Part shown: positions 1 to 9,949 of the stretch, one piece after another
Layout: each line of letters begins with the position of its first letter
Numbering within the stretch: the first letter of the stretch is position 1
Sequence record: SRR20825006_1584
DNA length: 64,000 nt
Reading direction: 5' to 3' (one strand)
Program-made: the position numbers and the translations under genes
Notes under the pieces: model-generated
What the model was told of the DNA's origin: nothing
The model's input: the letters and a program-made list of their open reading frames with translations, nothing else
The model's database searches: none

Positions 1-1494
1 GACAAAAGTGTCCATCGTATCGGTTTCGCGCACAGCTTTCTTGCCGCAAGCCGGGCATTTGGTGTGTTTCCAGGTAGGGTGATGCTCAAGCGGGTTGCCC
101 GGTTTGTCGAAAGAAACATCTTCCGGCAGGGTTACAGGCAGTTGTTCGCTCGGCACAGGCACCACGCCGCAGTCATCACAGTGCACAAACGGGATCGGTG
201 TACCCCAGTAACGCTGGCGCGACACGCCCCAGTCCCGCAGGCGGAAGTTTACCGTGCGCTCGCCCCAGCCTTCGCTTTCTGCGCGGTCGATCAGCGCGGC
301 TTTTGCGGCCATGGTGTCCATGCCGTCAAGGAAGCGGCTGTTTATCATGGTGCCGGGGCCCGTATAGGGTTCATCACCAAGGCTATATGTTGCGGCGTCT
401 TCACCTTCAGGCAACACCACCGGAATGATCGGCAGGTCGTATTTGCGGGCAAAATCAAAGTCGCGCTGGTCACCGGCGGGGCAGGCGAAAATCGCGCCCG
501 TGCCGTAATCCATCAACACGAAGTTCGCCACATAAACAGGCAACTCCCAACTATCATCAAATGGATGCCTGACGGTGAGGCCGGTGTTGAAGCCTCGTTT
601 CTCAGCCTTCTCGATCGCTTCTTCCGTGGTGCCGGTCTTGCGGCATTCTTCACAGAAGTTTTTCAGATCTGCGCTTTGTTCTGCCAGTTTGGCGGCGAGC
701 GGGTGGTCGGCTGCGATGGCGCAGAAACTGGCGCCAAACAGCGTATCGGGCCGCGTGGTATAAACCGGCAGCTTTTCGCCTGTTTGTGTGATCTCGAAAT
801 CAAACTTGAGGCCTTCCGACCGGCCGATCCAGTTTTCCTGCATCAGCCGCACTTTGTCAGGCCAGCGCTCAAGGGTTTTGAGGCCGTCCAGCAGTTCGTC
901 GGCAAAATCGGTGATCTTGAGGAACCACTGGCTGAGCTTGCGGCGCTCAACCGTGGCACCCGAGCGCCAGCCTTTGCCGTCAATCACCTGCTCGTTTGCG
1001 AGCACGGTGTTGTCAACCGGGTCCCAGTTTACCCAGCTCTCTTTGCGGTACACGAGGCCCGCATTGAAGAAATCGATAAAAATCTGCTGTTCTTTGCCAT
1101 AATAGGCCGGGTCGCATGTGGCGACCTCCCGCTCCCAATCAATGGCAAAACCAACCTGCTTGAGCTGGTCACGCATGTTGGCGATATTGTCATAGGTCCA
1201 GTCAGCCGGGTGTACCTTGCGCTCCATCGCCGCGTTTTCCGCCGGCATGCCAAACGCGTCCCACCCCATGGGGTGCAACACCTCATAACCGTTGGCGCGG
1301 CGGAAGCGTGCGACCACGTCACCAAGCGTATAGTTGCGCACATGACCCATGTGGATGCGCCCGCTTGGGTAAGGGAACATCTCCAGCACATAGTATTTTG
1401 GCTTGTCTGATTTGCTATCGGTCTGGAAAGTTTTGGCGTCGGTCCAAATCTTCTGCCATTTGGCTTCGGTTGCCTTAGCGTTATAGCGCGACAT
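1..1494 (-). CDS. leuS: Leucine--tRNA ligase (5' part; runs off window start)
   Basis: Minus-strand frame from ATG at 1494: [17 protein letters not shown]...[21 protein letters not shown]...[16 protein letters not shown] (LeuRS HIGH-type region). Absent from the ORF track because no stop lies in the window. Confidence 0.97.
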   Translation of the reverse strand, partial: MSRYNAKATEAKWQKIWTDAKTFQTDSKSDKPKYYVLEMFPYPSGRIHMGHVRNYTLGDVVARFRRANGYEVLHPMGWDAFGMPAENAAMERKVHPADWTYDNIANMRDQLKQVGFAIDWEREVATCDPAYYGKEQQIFIDFFNAGLVYRKESWVNWDPVDNTVLANEQVIDGKGWRSGATVERRKLSQWFLKITDFADELLDGLKTLERWPDKVRLMQENWIGRSEGLKFDFEITQTGEKLPVYTTRPDTLFGASFCAIAADHPLAAKLAEQSADLKNFCEECRKTGTTEEAIEKAEKRGFNTGLTVRHPFDDSWELPVYVANFVLMDYGTGAIFACPAGDQRDFDFARKYDLPIIPVVLPEGEDAATYSLGDEPYTGPGTMINSRFLDGMDTMAAKAALIDRAESEGWGERTVNFRLRDWGVSRQRYWGTPIPFVHCDDCGVVPVPSEQLPVTLPEDVSFDKPGNPLEHHPTWKHTKCPACGKKAVRETDTMDTFV

Positions 1495-1617
1495 GTTCAA
1501 TCTCGGTCTACTGGCCGTGTGTGTGCGGCGAATTTTAAACTGAAACAGCCGGGCAGATGCCCGGCGCATACGGAATTCTCACAGGCTTTGCCCCACAAGA
1601 TTGCGGGGCAAAAAAAC

Positions 1618-2058
1618 CTAACGGCGCGCTTCGACGCGAAGTTGCCGCGCACGAGCCAGAATAGCTTCTTCAACCTGCAGCGTTGTCGCAGCCTGAACCG
1701 GCACGCTGAGCCACGCGCCACCTTCCTCGCGTTCCTGGCGTACAACTGACACCCGAACTGCGTCGGAGCGCAGGTCTTCAGACAGGAACTGGATCGTTAC
1801 CTTCACACGCTCGTTCGGCGCTGTGGCCGTTGAGTGCCAGTCGGTAACGATCACGCCGCCTGACGGCGCAACCTGGTCAAACGGCATGAAGGAAAGCGTA
1901 TCAAGCGTCGCCTGCCACAGGTATCCATTTACACCAATCGCTGTTGTGCGGGGAGCGAGGCCTTTGCCGTCGTCATCACCACCACCAAACAATCCGGAAC
2001 AGGCACCAAGCGTTAAGGCTACTGTCAGCGCCATCATGGTCCGGGCAAAATTCTGCAT
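1618..2058 (-). CDS. DUF3576-like lipoprotein
   Basis: Lipobox LGAC; VNGYLWQATLDTLSFMP and GGVIVTDW motifs; usual position upstream of leuS. Start trimmed to MQNFART. Confidence 0.85.
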   Translation of the reverse strand: MQNFARTMMALTVALTLGACSGLFGGGDDDGKGLAPRTTAIGVNGYLWQATLDTLSFMPFDQVAPSGGVIVTDWHSTATAPNERVKVTIQFLSEDLRSDAVRVSVVRQEREEGGAWLSVPVQAATTLQVEEAILARARQLRVEARR

Positions 2059-2291
2059 GCTACACCCCGTAGATTCGTTTTTATTGACGCATGTTGTTAC
2101 CCACCAAATGTGTAACAATCATGGCTTACTTGCGGGTTATAACGACCCTATAGGCTGCTGACCAGCCAGAAAGTTGATCAAATAGTGGCAAGGAGGCCAC
2201 AGAGCGCCCTATTTTTGCCCTGCCATCTTGCATAGTGGGGGGTAGATTCAATACCATAGGCACAAGTTATGAGAGCGAGTCTCCCCAGGTC

Positions 2292-3182
2292 ATGAAGTAC
2301 GCGTTAAAATATAGCATCGCCGCCCTGATGGTTTGCGGCATCTCGGTTGCCTCCGCAGCTGAGGATAAAGCTCGTTTTGAAGCGACCGGCTTTATGCAAA
2401 GCCTTGACCTTTTTGTGGCAGAACAGATCGCCAAGCTTCGTAGCAATCACAAAACCGATAAAGCCGAGAATATCAAAGACCTTGAGCTGAGCCTTCGGGA
2501 CAACTCAGGCAAGGACGATAGCGGTTTCTTTTACCTGCGCGACAGAAGCGCCAGCGTATCTGGCACCCTTGGCGCGCCCGGTAATTTGAACGACCGGCCT
2601 GATTTCTCGTCGCTCCTTGCGCCAGATGGCACTGTGCGTGGCTCCTATGGGCAAGACCTCTTTGGTGCAAACTCCCGCGTGGGAATCACCTTTGGTGGCG
2701 ACCCGAACGGCGCACCGAGCGACCGTGGGCTTGAGTTCGCACTTGAAAGCAATTATCGCCTTTCCTTGCAGGGGCTTTCTGCTGCAAACGGTTTTGGCTC
2801 CACCGATCAGGCTGAGCGGCACTATAACCTCGGTTTCTCTGTCGGGTATTCCGGCTTTAATGTTGACGCATCAGTGATGCGGCAGGAAAGCCTGTTTGAG
2901 CGCGAGATTTCCGGCTACGGCGTTGGTTTCTCCTATCAGGCCACCAGTTGGACCGCGCGGCTTTCGCTGAGCGAATATAAAGAAGGCGCGGACCTTTACG
3001 GTATCGAGAATGAAGCCCGCAACATTATCTCAGTTGAGCTTGGTGCCAGCTACCGGCTGACAGACAGTGTCGGCCTCAAGGGCGGTGTGCGCTATTATGA
3101 TTACGGCAGCCGCATGATGCTTGACCCGGATGCGGGTGAAAAATCCCAGATGGTTTTCCTGGGTGGACGTCTCAAGTTCTAG
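2292..3182 (+). CDS. Porin-like outer-membrane beta-barrel protein
   Basis: Signal peptide (MKYALKY...ASA), amphipathic C-terminal strands, terminal Phe (GGRLKF). Confidence 0.7.
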   Translation: MKYALKYSIAALMVCGISVASAAEDKARFEATGFMQSLDLFVAEQIAKLRSNHKTDKAENIKDLELSLRDNSGKDDSGFFYLRDRSASVSGTLGAPGNLNDRPDFSSLLAPDGTVRGSYGQDLFGANSRVGITFGGDPNGAPSDRGLEFALESNYRLSLQGLSAANGFGSTDQAERHYNLGFSVGYSGFNVDASVMRQESLFEREISGYGVGFSYQATSWTARLSLSEYKEGADLYGIENEARNIISVELGASYRLTDSVGLKGGVRYYDYGSRMMLDPDAGEKSQMVFLGGRLKF

Positions 3183-3188
3183 GCTTTT

Positions 3189-3791
3189 TCAAGCTGACAA
3201 CCCATCAATCGCCGCAAGGGCCGCTAAATCTAGCGGCCTTAGTTTTTTTGCGCTTACGCTGTTCACACCGCCAAGGGCCGCAACAGCGAGCGGTGCGTGG
3301 CTTATAAGCCGCGCAAACCGGTGAATGCCCAGTGCGCCTGCGCCCTCGTGGCTGCGGGTTTCAAAAACCGGGGATACAAGGCCTAAGTCCACCCCCAGCC
3401 GGGCGGCCTGCACCATCGCCTTACGGTCATGGCAGGCAGCAGTAACAAAAGAAAAACCCGAAAGGTTTGGCCGGGTGTAAAGCTGATGCTGGGGCAGGTG
3501 CACACCATCCGCCCCCACTGTGCGCGCGAGCCTAACATCCCCCGCAACCAGAAGAAGCTGTCGCCCCTCTCGTGTTAGCTGCCTGAGCGAGGTGGCAAGA
3601 CCGGCACGGTCTTTATGCTCATAATCACGGCAGATCACGATACTGCCCGCAGGCAAGGCACGCACAATTTTAAGCATATCCGGCACGCGCGCGGCATCTG
3701 TTATAAAAATGAGGCGCACGCCGCCACCCGCCCGGGAGAGGGGGTGTGATAAACTGGTAGCCCGGTTTTTTTTGTCTGCGCGCTTGACCAT
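3189..3791 (-). CDS. Thiamine phosphate synthase / TenI-like protein
   Basis: GADGVHLP, SPVFETRSH and ALGGV motifs. Confidence 0.85.
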   Translation of the reverse strand: MVKRADKKNRATSLSHPLSRAGGGVRLIFITDAARVPDMLKIVRALPAGSIVICRDYEHKDRAGLATSLRQLTREGRQLLLVAGDVRLARTVGADGVHLPQHQLYTRPNLSGFSFVTAACHDRKAMVQAARLGVDLGLVSPVFETRSHEGAGALGIHRFARLISHAPLAVAALGGVNSVSAKKLRPLDLAALAAIDGLSA

Positions 3792-3857
3792 AACCGCTTC
3801 CTAGCACATAGGGTGCATAAGCCCAATATGACAAACAGCTTTGCCAGAGGTCTGATC

Positions 3858-4529
3858 ATGCTTCCCGATATCGCCGCGAATATTGATGCTGTCCGCCATG
3901 AAATTACCCGCATGTGCGCTCATGCGGATGTGCCGGAAAACCAGCCGGAGCTGATTGCTGTCTCGAAAGTGCAGCCGCTTGAGAAGGTGCGCGCAGCGCT
4001 TGAGGCGGGCCACCGGGTGTTTGGTGAAAACCGGGTGCAGGAGGCCGAGGAACGCTGGGGCACCTTGAAGCCCGAGTATGACGGCGTCATATTACATCTG
4101 ATCGGCAGCCTGCAGACCAATAAAGCGGCAGACGCCGTGGCGCTTTTTGATGTCATCCAGTCAGTTGACCGTATCAAGCTTGCCCGTGCGCTAGCGCGTG
4201 AGATGGAAAAACAGAGCAAAAGCCTGCCCATTTACCTGCAGGTCAACACGGGCCGCGAAGACCAGAAAGGCGGCGTGCTCAAGGAAGACCTGCCCGCCCT
4301 CTATAACGAATGCAAAAACCTTGGCCTGAGTGTCGTGGGCCTGATGTGTATCCCACCGGTGGGGGATGATCCCTCGCTTCACTTTGCACTGTTGAAGAAG
4401 TTCGCAAAAGAGCTTGGGCTTGAGCGGCTATCCATGGGTATGAGCGGGGATTATGCACTGGCCGCCGCCATGGGCGCGACTGACATCCGTGTCGGCACCG
4501 CTATCTTCGGCGCGCGAGATTATGCTTAA
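3858..4529 (+). CDS. yggS: PLP homeostasis protein, YggS family
   Basis: LIAVSK, FGENRVQE, HLIGSLQTNK, LSMGMSGDY and IRVGTAIFG motifs. Confidence 0.95.
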   Translation: MLPDIAANIDAVRHEITRMCAHADVPENQPELIAVSKVQPLEKVRAALEAGHRVFGENRVQEAEERWGTLKPEYDGVILHLIGSLQTNKAADAVALFDVIQSVDRIKLARALAREMEKQSKSLPIYLQVNTGREDQKGGVLKEDLPALYNECKNLGLSVVGLMCIPPVGDDPSLHFALLKKFAKELGLERLSMGMSGDYALAAAMGATDIRVGTAIFGARDYA

Positions 4530-4554
4530 CCATTTTGCTGTTTCATAAAAATCC

Positions 4555-4621
4555 AATAATGTGTGCACACACTGTTTACACGCTCGTCTCTTTCGTATAA
4601 TTAGTGTGTGCACACATTATT
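4555..4621. promoter_or_regulatory. 19-bp perfect inverted repeats (each with a TGTGTGCACACA core) flanking a sigma70-like promoter
   Basis: AATAATGTGTGCACACACT at 4555-4573 and its exact reverse complement at 4603-4621. TTTACA (4575-4580) and TATAAT (4596-4601) lie between them with a 15-bp spacer; RBS AAAGGAG follows at 4622. Confidence 0.85.
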
Positions 4622-4635
4622 AAAGGAGAAGTAAA

Positions 4636-5184
4636 ATGGAGCGCAAATCTTTCGGAATTCGAATGGAAAAAATCCTCTTGGCAGAGGTGGACGACTACGC
4701 AGCAGAGCAGGAAATGACCCGCAGTCTCGCAATAGAAGAACTTGTACGCAGCCAGTTGCAGTGGACAACAGGAAAGACCTTAGCACAAAACCAAGACCAA
4801 GAAAGTGGTGCGGCGGCAGCTAAGTGGGGTCGTGAAACCGCCCCCATGATCGCAAAACACTTCGGGGCCGTTCAGATACGACCAAACGTCAACGAATTTG
4901 AAATAGACGGTAGCCAAATTGCAATAAAAACAGCCTCAAAAACGAACAAGAAAATCGGTGTATACAATACAGTTCGAGATCGCGTGACATACATTTGGGG
5001 AGCTTTTCAGCAAAAAGATGATAGCTTTGATATCTATGAATTGACACCCAAGACATGGAAAGACCATGCTAAAAAAGCTACCCCGTCTAGCCCCAACTAC
5101 GGCAAGCTGACTTTTATGGATGAATCGACCTGTCGCGACCATTCGTGTCGCAAAGTAGGCACCCTAACTCTTAACCTATCTTGA
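4636..5184 (+). CDS. Hypothetical protein: N-terminal ribbon-helix-helix domain plus possible restriction-endonuclease-like domain
   Basis: Strong RBS; visibly more AT-rich than its neighbours. SFGIRMEKILLAEVDDYAAEQEMTRSLAIEELVR fits a strand-helix-helix RHH pattern; NEFEIDGSQIAIKT resembles a degenerate PD-(D/E)xK core. Confidence 0.65.
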   Translation: MERKSFGIRMEKILLAEVDDYAAEQEMTRSLAIEELVRSQLQWTTGKTLAQNQDQESGAAAAKWGRETAPMIAKHFGAVQIRPNVNEFEIDGSQIAIKTASKTNKKIGVYNTVRDRVTYIWGAFQQKDDSFDIYELTPKTWKDHAKKATPSSPNYGKLTFMDESTCRDHSCRKVGTLTLNLS

Positions 5185-5692
5185 GCACATCATCCGGCCC
5201 CACGAGCCGCAGGAAACGTTTGAACGCATCGATCTTGAGCGCAACACAGCCTTCTGTGGGCGTAAACCCTTCCCGTGCGATATGCATGAAAATGGCGCTG
5301 CCATGCCCCGGCACCACCGGGTCATCGTTATGGCCGATCACAATAATGAGGTCATACACATCGTCGTCTCGCCACATCTTCTCATGGGATGGCCCGAAAG
5401 GCAGGCGCACCAGCTTGTTATAGTGCGGGCTCTCCGTGTCATCGCACCAGCCAAAATCAGGCTTCAGCATTTTCACCGGCAGGCAGGAAAGTGGTTCTTC
5501 CACTTTGTCAGGCCGGTAAAACGCATAGCGGAACGGATAGCTGCCAATGGGTGTCGCGCCGTCACCTTCGCGTTTGCTGCTGTCTGCCACCATGCCGCCG
5601 CGCCCTAGCGCACAGGGTGCCTCAAACAAGGGGCCGGTGAGCAGGCCCTTGCGGCCGTCCGTCTCGCTCAAGCTGACCGACCACACAGCCAT
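5171..5692 (-). CDS. L,D-transpeptidase (YkuD-like) family protein
   Basis: KREGDGATP and GSAIFMH...PTEGCVAL (His/Cys catalytic motif). Confidence 0.9.
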   Translation of the reverse strand: MAVWSVSLSETDGRKGLLTGPLFEAPCALGRGGMVADSSKREGDGATPIGSYPFRYAFYRPDKVEEPLSCLPVKMLKPDFGWCDDTESPHYNKLVRLPFGPSHEKMWRDDDVYDLIIVIGHNDDPVVPGHGSAIFMHIAREGFTPTEGCVALKIDAFKRFLRLVGPDDVLKIG

Positions 5693-5694
5693 GG

Positions 5695-6783
5695 CTAAAG
5701 CAGGTGGCCCGTGCGGGCCTTTTTGGTGGCGAGATAATTCTCATTATGCGGGTTGGCTTCAAACGCGTGGGCCACACGTTCCGCCACACGAATACCGAAG
5801 CGCTCCAACCCTTCAACCTTGTTGGGGTTATTGGTCATCAGCCGCACAGCTTTGAAGCCAAGCTGTTTGAGCATTTCCGCTGCGGGCGCAAAAACGCGCT
5901 CGTCCACATCAAAACCAAGCCGGGTGTTGGCGTCTACGGTATCATAGCCCTGATCCTGCAGCGCGTAGGCCTTGAGCTTTGAGATAAGCCCGATGCCGCG
6001 CCCCTCTTGCGCGAGATAGAGGAGCACACCGCCGCCCGCTTCCGCGATCAGCTTGATGGCGCCACGAAGCTGCTCACCGCAGTCGCACTTAAGCGAGCCC
6101 AAGAGGTCGCCCGTGAAACACTCACTGTGGATACGCATCAGAACCGGGTCGTGGGTATTGGGCTCACCAATCACAATAGCGATATGTTCCACCCCGCCCG
6201 CAAGCGGCCGGAAGGAGACAAGCCGGGTGTTCTCAGCGCCCGCGAGCGGCACCCGTGCTGACGCCACCTGCTTCAGCATTGAGGCTTGGGTGAGGTCCGC
6301 GTCCAATACCACTTCCGCACTAACTTCCAGGAGGCCATGCGTTGCCGCAAAACCGGGTTCCACTTCTGCGGCGACAACAGCGGGCAAAAGCCGCGCCCAT
6401 TTGGTGAGCTTGATGGCGGCGCGGTCAGTCGCACCGTCTTTATGTTCAAGCCGCCGGAACGGCCCTTTGAGCGGGGTGGCGAGGTCAAGCGTCGGGTCAG
6501 CAAGCGCAACGATATCGTCCGCGCTCATCCAGCCCGGCCGCGCGAGCCGCACGACGGCCCAGTCTTCCCCCGCCACCTTGAGGGAGGCCGCACGGTTGTT
6601 GGTCAGCATTACAAAGCTGCCACCTGTGATCGCATCAAAGCGCGCAAGAGAAGGCGTGTTCGCAAGCTCCGCCGGCAACAGCGCAAGCGCAAGCGCACCG
6701 TCTGTTACAACAGCGGGGTAACCCCGGCGCAAATCATCCGCCGCGCGTTCCAGCATCAAGAGTGTATCTGTGGTTTCAGCCAT
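5695..6783 (-). CDS. ribA: GTP cyclohydrolase II
   Basis: RIHSECFTGDLLGSLKCDCG, QEGRGIGL and LMTNNP, with a degenerate RibB-like N-terminal half. Confidence 0.95.
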   Translation of the reverse strand: MAETTDTLLMLERAADDLRRGYPAVVTDGALALALLPAELANTPSLARFDAITGGSFVMLTNNRAASLKVAGEDWAVVRLARPGWMSADDIVALADPTLDLATPLKGPFRRLEHKDGATDRAAIKLTKWARLLPAVVAAEVEPGFAATHGLLEVSAEVVLDADLTQASMLKQVASARVPLAGAENTRLVSFRPLAGGVEHIAIVIGEPNTHDPVLMRIHSECFTGDLLGSLKCDCGEQLRGAIKLIAEAGGGVLLYLAQEGRGIGLISKLKAYALQDQGYDTVDANTRLGFDVDERVFAPAAEMLKQLGFKAVRLMTNNPNKVEGLERFGIRVAERVAHAFEANPHNENYLATKKARTGHLL

Positions 6784-6953
6784 GCACCCTCATATAGGGG
6801 AAAGTTTGCTAAAGTCAGTACTGCTTTTTTGGCTCGCTCGCATTTTGATCAATCAAATGTGAGTGTGCGTGATGACAGAATAGCTTTCCTCTTCTTATAT
6901 AGGGGTGGTTGAAGCATACTGTGAAATAATTTTCTACTGTCCCGGAGGACCAT

Positions 6954-7649
6954 ATGGCTGTGAGGAAACTGCTGCTCGTTGACGACGATGTTGATTTGCG
7001 TGAAGGGCTGGCCGAACAACTGGCACTATGCGACGAGTTTTCAACTGTGGAGCAAGGCACCGCCGCGGATACCCTGAGCTTCCTGAAGGACAATCAGGTG
7101 GACATGATCATTTTGGACGTCGGCCTGCCTGATATGGACGGGCGCGAGCTTTGCAAACGCATCCGCAAAAACGGCATATCCGTGCCGATCCTCATGCTTA
7201 CCGGGAATGTGTCTGACGCTGATACGGTGCTGGGGCTGGATGCAGGCGCCAATGATTACATCAACAAACCCTTCAGCTTTACCGTGCTGCTGGCGCGCAT
7301 TCGTGCGCATTTCCGCCAGTATGAGCAAAGCGAAGACGCCACGTTTGATATCGGCCCCTACCAGTTTCGTCCCTCCGGCAAAATACTGGAAGAGAAAGAC
7401 AGCGGCAAGAAAGTACGCCTGACAGAAAAAGAAACCGCCATCCTCAAATATCTGTACCGCGCGAGCGGCAAACCTGTGGGCCGGGAAGAATTGCTGACCG
7501 AGGTATGGGGTTATAACTCAGGCGTGACCACACACACGCTCGAAACCCATGTGTACCGCCTGAGGCAGAAGATCGAGCCACAACCCAATATGGCGCGTAT
7601 CCTGATCACAGAGCCGGGTGGTTATAGCCTGCAAGGACTTGGGGCTTAG
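6954..7649 (+). CDS. cenR: OmpR-family response regulator, CenR-like
   Basis: Receiver domain (LVDDD, LDVGLPD, KPF) plus wHTH with RLTEKETAIL and VWGYNSGVTTHTLETHVYRLRQKIE. Orphan regulator beside ribA/xth, as I recall for alphaproteobacterial cenR. Confidence 0.85.
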   Translation: MAVRKLLLVDDDVDLREGLAEQLALCDEFSTVEQGTAADTLSFLKDNQVDMIILDVGLPDMDGRELCKRIRKNGISVPILMLTGNVSDADTVLGLDAGANDYINKPFSFTVLLARIRAHFRQYEQSEDATFDIGPYQFRPSGKILEEKDSGKKVRLTEKETAILKYLYRASGKPVGREELLTEVWGYNSGVTTHTLETHVYRLRQKIEPQPNMARILITEPGGYSLQGLGA

Positions 7650-7652
7650 CGC

Positions 7653-8498
7653 CTAGCCAAGCTCAAATGTGGTGATGCCAAATATCTGGCCTGCTGCGAT
7701 ATCCGGCAGGCCTTTTTGGTACATGCGCGCGGTGGCGAACACTTTTTCCATACCACGCTTTTTGGCGAGGCGGACGGCATCTGCATTGTTTTCAGGCGTG
7801 TCGAGGATGATAAGCTCACCTGCGATATCGCTTTGAAGCGCATCAAAAAGGCATTCGGCCACATCCATATTATCGGAAAACAGCGGCCCGACCTTATAGC
7901 CCTTAAGGCACTTTCGGCGCACCGCATAGCCCATCACACGCCCATCTTTTTCAAAAACGACAGCGCGCGCAAATGTCTGGCCAAACCAGGCTTTCAGAAA
8001 AGCATCCCGGTAGGCAGGGAAACACTGGCGGTCATAGCACCGGATGGCGTCAAAGTCGTCAGGCTTAAGGGCACGAACATGCTCTGAGCCCTGCGCTGGC
8101 GCGCGCGCTTCGCCCTCAAATCGGCAGTTTTCATAAAAGGCTTCATAGCCGATACGCTCATAGATTTTCACATTCTCGAGCACACCATCGATGCCCACGT
8201 TGCGGTCGCCACAGTATTCGAGCCGTGCTTTTGTGAGCGCAAGCCCGTGCCCGCCGCCCCGATGTTCGGGCGCCACAATATAAAGCCCGCAAAAGGCATA
8301 AGCATCGTCGTAACAAACCGCGCTGCCGGTTGCGATAATCTGGCCGTCCAGCACGCCTTTGAAAAAGCCGTTCGGGTCTGCGCGGAAAAAACAATCCGCA
8401 TCATTCACGCCCAGGTTCCACCCTTCCCGCGCGGCCCAACCGGTTGCTGTCTGCACATCTGCGGCAGTCATTCGCTCTATATGATACCCTTTAGGCAT
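7653..8498 (-). CDS. GNAT family N-acetyltransferase (tandem domain)
   Basis: WAAREGWN, GLYIVAPEHRGGGHG, KVGPLFSD and GITTFELG motifs. Confidence 0.9.
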   Translation of the reverse strand: MPKGYHIERMTAADVQTATGWAAREGWNLGVNDADCFFRADPNGFFKGVLDGQIIATGSAVCYDDAYAFCGLYIVAPEHRGGGHGLALTKARLEYCGDRNVGIDGVLENVKIYERIGYEAFYENCRFEGEARAPAQGSEHVRALKPDDFDAIRCYDRQCFPAYRDAFLKAWFGQTFARAVVFEKDGRVMGYAVRRKCLKGYKVGPLFSDNMDVAECLFDALQSDIAGELIILDTPENNADAVRLAKKRGMEKVFATARMYQKGLPDIAAGQIFGITTFELG

Positions 8499-8512
8499 GG
8501 CTGGCTGTCGCG

Positions 8513-9295
8513 CTAGAACTTGAAATCAACCAGCACCGGTGCATGGTCCGATGGTTTTTCCCAGCCCCGTGCGTCGCGCAGCACTTCCATATGCACTGGC
8601 GTGTCCCGGAGGCTTGGGCTCACCCACACATGGTCAAGCCTGCGGCCTTTGTCAGCAAGCGACCAATCCCGCGCTCTATATGACCACCAGCTATAAAGCT
8701 TCTCAGGCACCGGTTTGAAAATGCGCATCACATCCACCCAGTCGTGCGCGGCCATCATGGCCAGCATGCCGTCAGTCTCTATGGGTGTGTGCGACACCAC
8801 CTTGAGGAGTTTTTTATGGTCCCACACATCGTCTTCATAGGGCGCGATATTAAGGTCCCCCACCAGAATGCTGGGTTCTTTCAACTCTTTTGACCAGGCG
8901 GTCATCTCTTCCATGAACTTGAGCTTGTGGGCAAATTTGTCGTTGATGGCCGGGTCTGGCTCATCACCGCCCGCAGGCACATAGAAGTTGTGAAGCACAG
9001 GTCCTTCCTTGAGCTTGATGGCGATATGGCGGGCATCGCCCTTGGTGCACCAGTCAATATGGAAGCTGTCATCAAAGGGGGCTTTGGCAGCTGTTGCCAC
9101 GCCGTGGTGGCCCTTCTGGCCATGAATGGCCAGATGCGGCATGCCGATCTCTTCAAAAAAACCACGCGGGAACATGTCCGTATGCACCTTGATTTCCTGC
9201 AAGCACAAAACGTCCGGCTTATAGGTCTCAACAAGCTGGCGCACGATATCAAGCCGCGCCCGTACTGAGTTGATGTTCCAGGTGATGATCCGCAT
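8513..9295 (-). CDS. xth: Exodeoxyribonuclease III
   Basis: TWNINSVRAR, CLQEIK, GDLNIAP, YSWWSYR and SDHAPV motifs. Confidence 0.95.
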   Translation of the reverse strand: MRIITWNINSVRARLDIVRQLVETYKPDVLCLQEIKVHTDMFPRGFFEEIGMPHLAIHGQKGHHGVATAAKAPFDDSFHIDWCTKGDARHIAIKLKEGPVLHNFYVPAGGDEPDPAINDKFAHKLKFMEEMTAWSKELKEPSILVGDLNIAPYEDDVWDHKKLLKVVSHTPIETDGMLAMMAAHDWVDVMRIFKPVPEKLYSWWSYRARDWSLADKGRRLDHVWVSPSLRDTPVHMEVLRDARGWEKPSDHAPVLVDFKF

Positions 9296-9352
9296 GGTCG
9301 CTGCCCCCTATATTTGTTGTCGCACGCCCGGTTATCAGGGCAGGTCTTGTTC

Positions 9353-9949
9353 TTAAAAAATCAAAAAGCTGTTGCCGATAATGCCAATGGGCCAGCGGCC
9401 TTTTTCAAACAGCTGAAACCTGAGCACAAACGGATGGTCTTCCTCCGCCCCTGTCATGGCTGCAAGCGCTGCCTGATAGGTGGCCTGCACCGCAGCCCCC
9501 GAGGTTGCGCGTACAAATTCTTCATCAAAAATGCGAAGCTCCTGCGCTGCTTCCATGGCAGCAGCCTCAATGGCTTCAGAGGTGCCCTGCGCCACATGGG
9601 TCATGACCATCTCAAGCGTTTGCTCGTCCAGCACGTCAAGCGCGTCATCGGTGAGCGTGGCGCGGAGCTGCTCTTCCGCCTCCCACGCCGGGCTGTTGAC
9701 CTCGGTGTTTTCTGCGGCGTCTGCCGCCTCTTCCCAGTCAGCCATGAAAGCCGGATAGGCTTCAGGGAAACCAAGCGCGTTGGCGTAAGCGCGGGCCAGG
9801 TCCACCGTGCGGCGATCAGGCTCTTCCCCAAGTGTGCGGAACCAGCGAACATTGCTCGCCAGCGTGAGGAACGGCGCCACGGCCTTCAAGCCCGGGCTTT
9901 CCTCAAACAATTCGTCAAGATCGGTATCTTCAATGTCCATAACCACCAC
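9353..9949 (-). CDS. Acidic hypothetical protein
   Basis: GTG start preceded by GGAAGG; helical E/A-rich protein ending FEKGRWPIGIIG; co-oriented between lolA and xth. Confidence 0.75.
   Translation of the reverse strand: MVVMDIEDTDLDELFEESPGLKAVAPFLTLASNVRWFRTLGEEPDRRTVDLARAYANALGFPEAYPAFMADWEEAADAAENTEVNSPAWEAEEQLRATLTDDALDVLDEQTLEMVMTHVAQGTSEAIEAAAMEAAQELRIFDEEFVRATSGAAVQATYQAALAAMTGAEEDHPFVLRFQLFEKGRWPIGIIGNSFLIF

Noticed and set aside
64-1410. 448-aa plus-strand ORF
   Set aside because: Antisense shadow of leuS with no recognisable motifs. The same applies to other long shadow ORFs such as 11059-12192, 16522-17406, 36459-37397, 57405-58301 and 60671-61822.
1548-1617. Two hairpins upstream of leuS as a T-box, attenuator or terminator
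   Set aside because: No T-box motif or Leu-rich leader peptide, and the T-run precedes rather than follows the stem on the coding strand.
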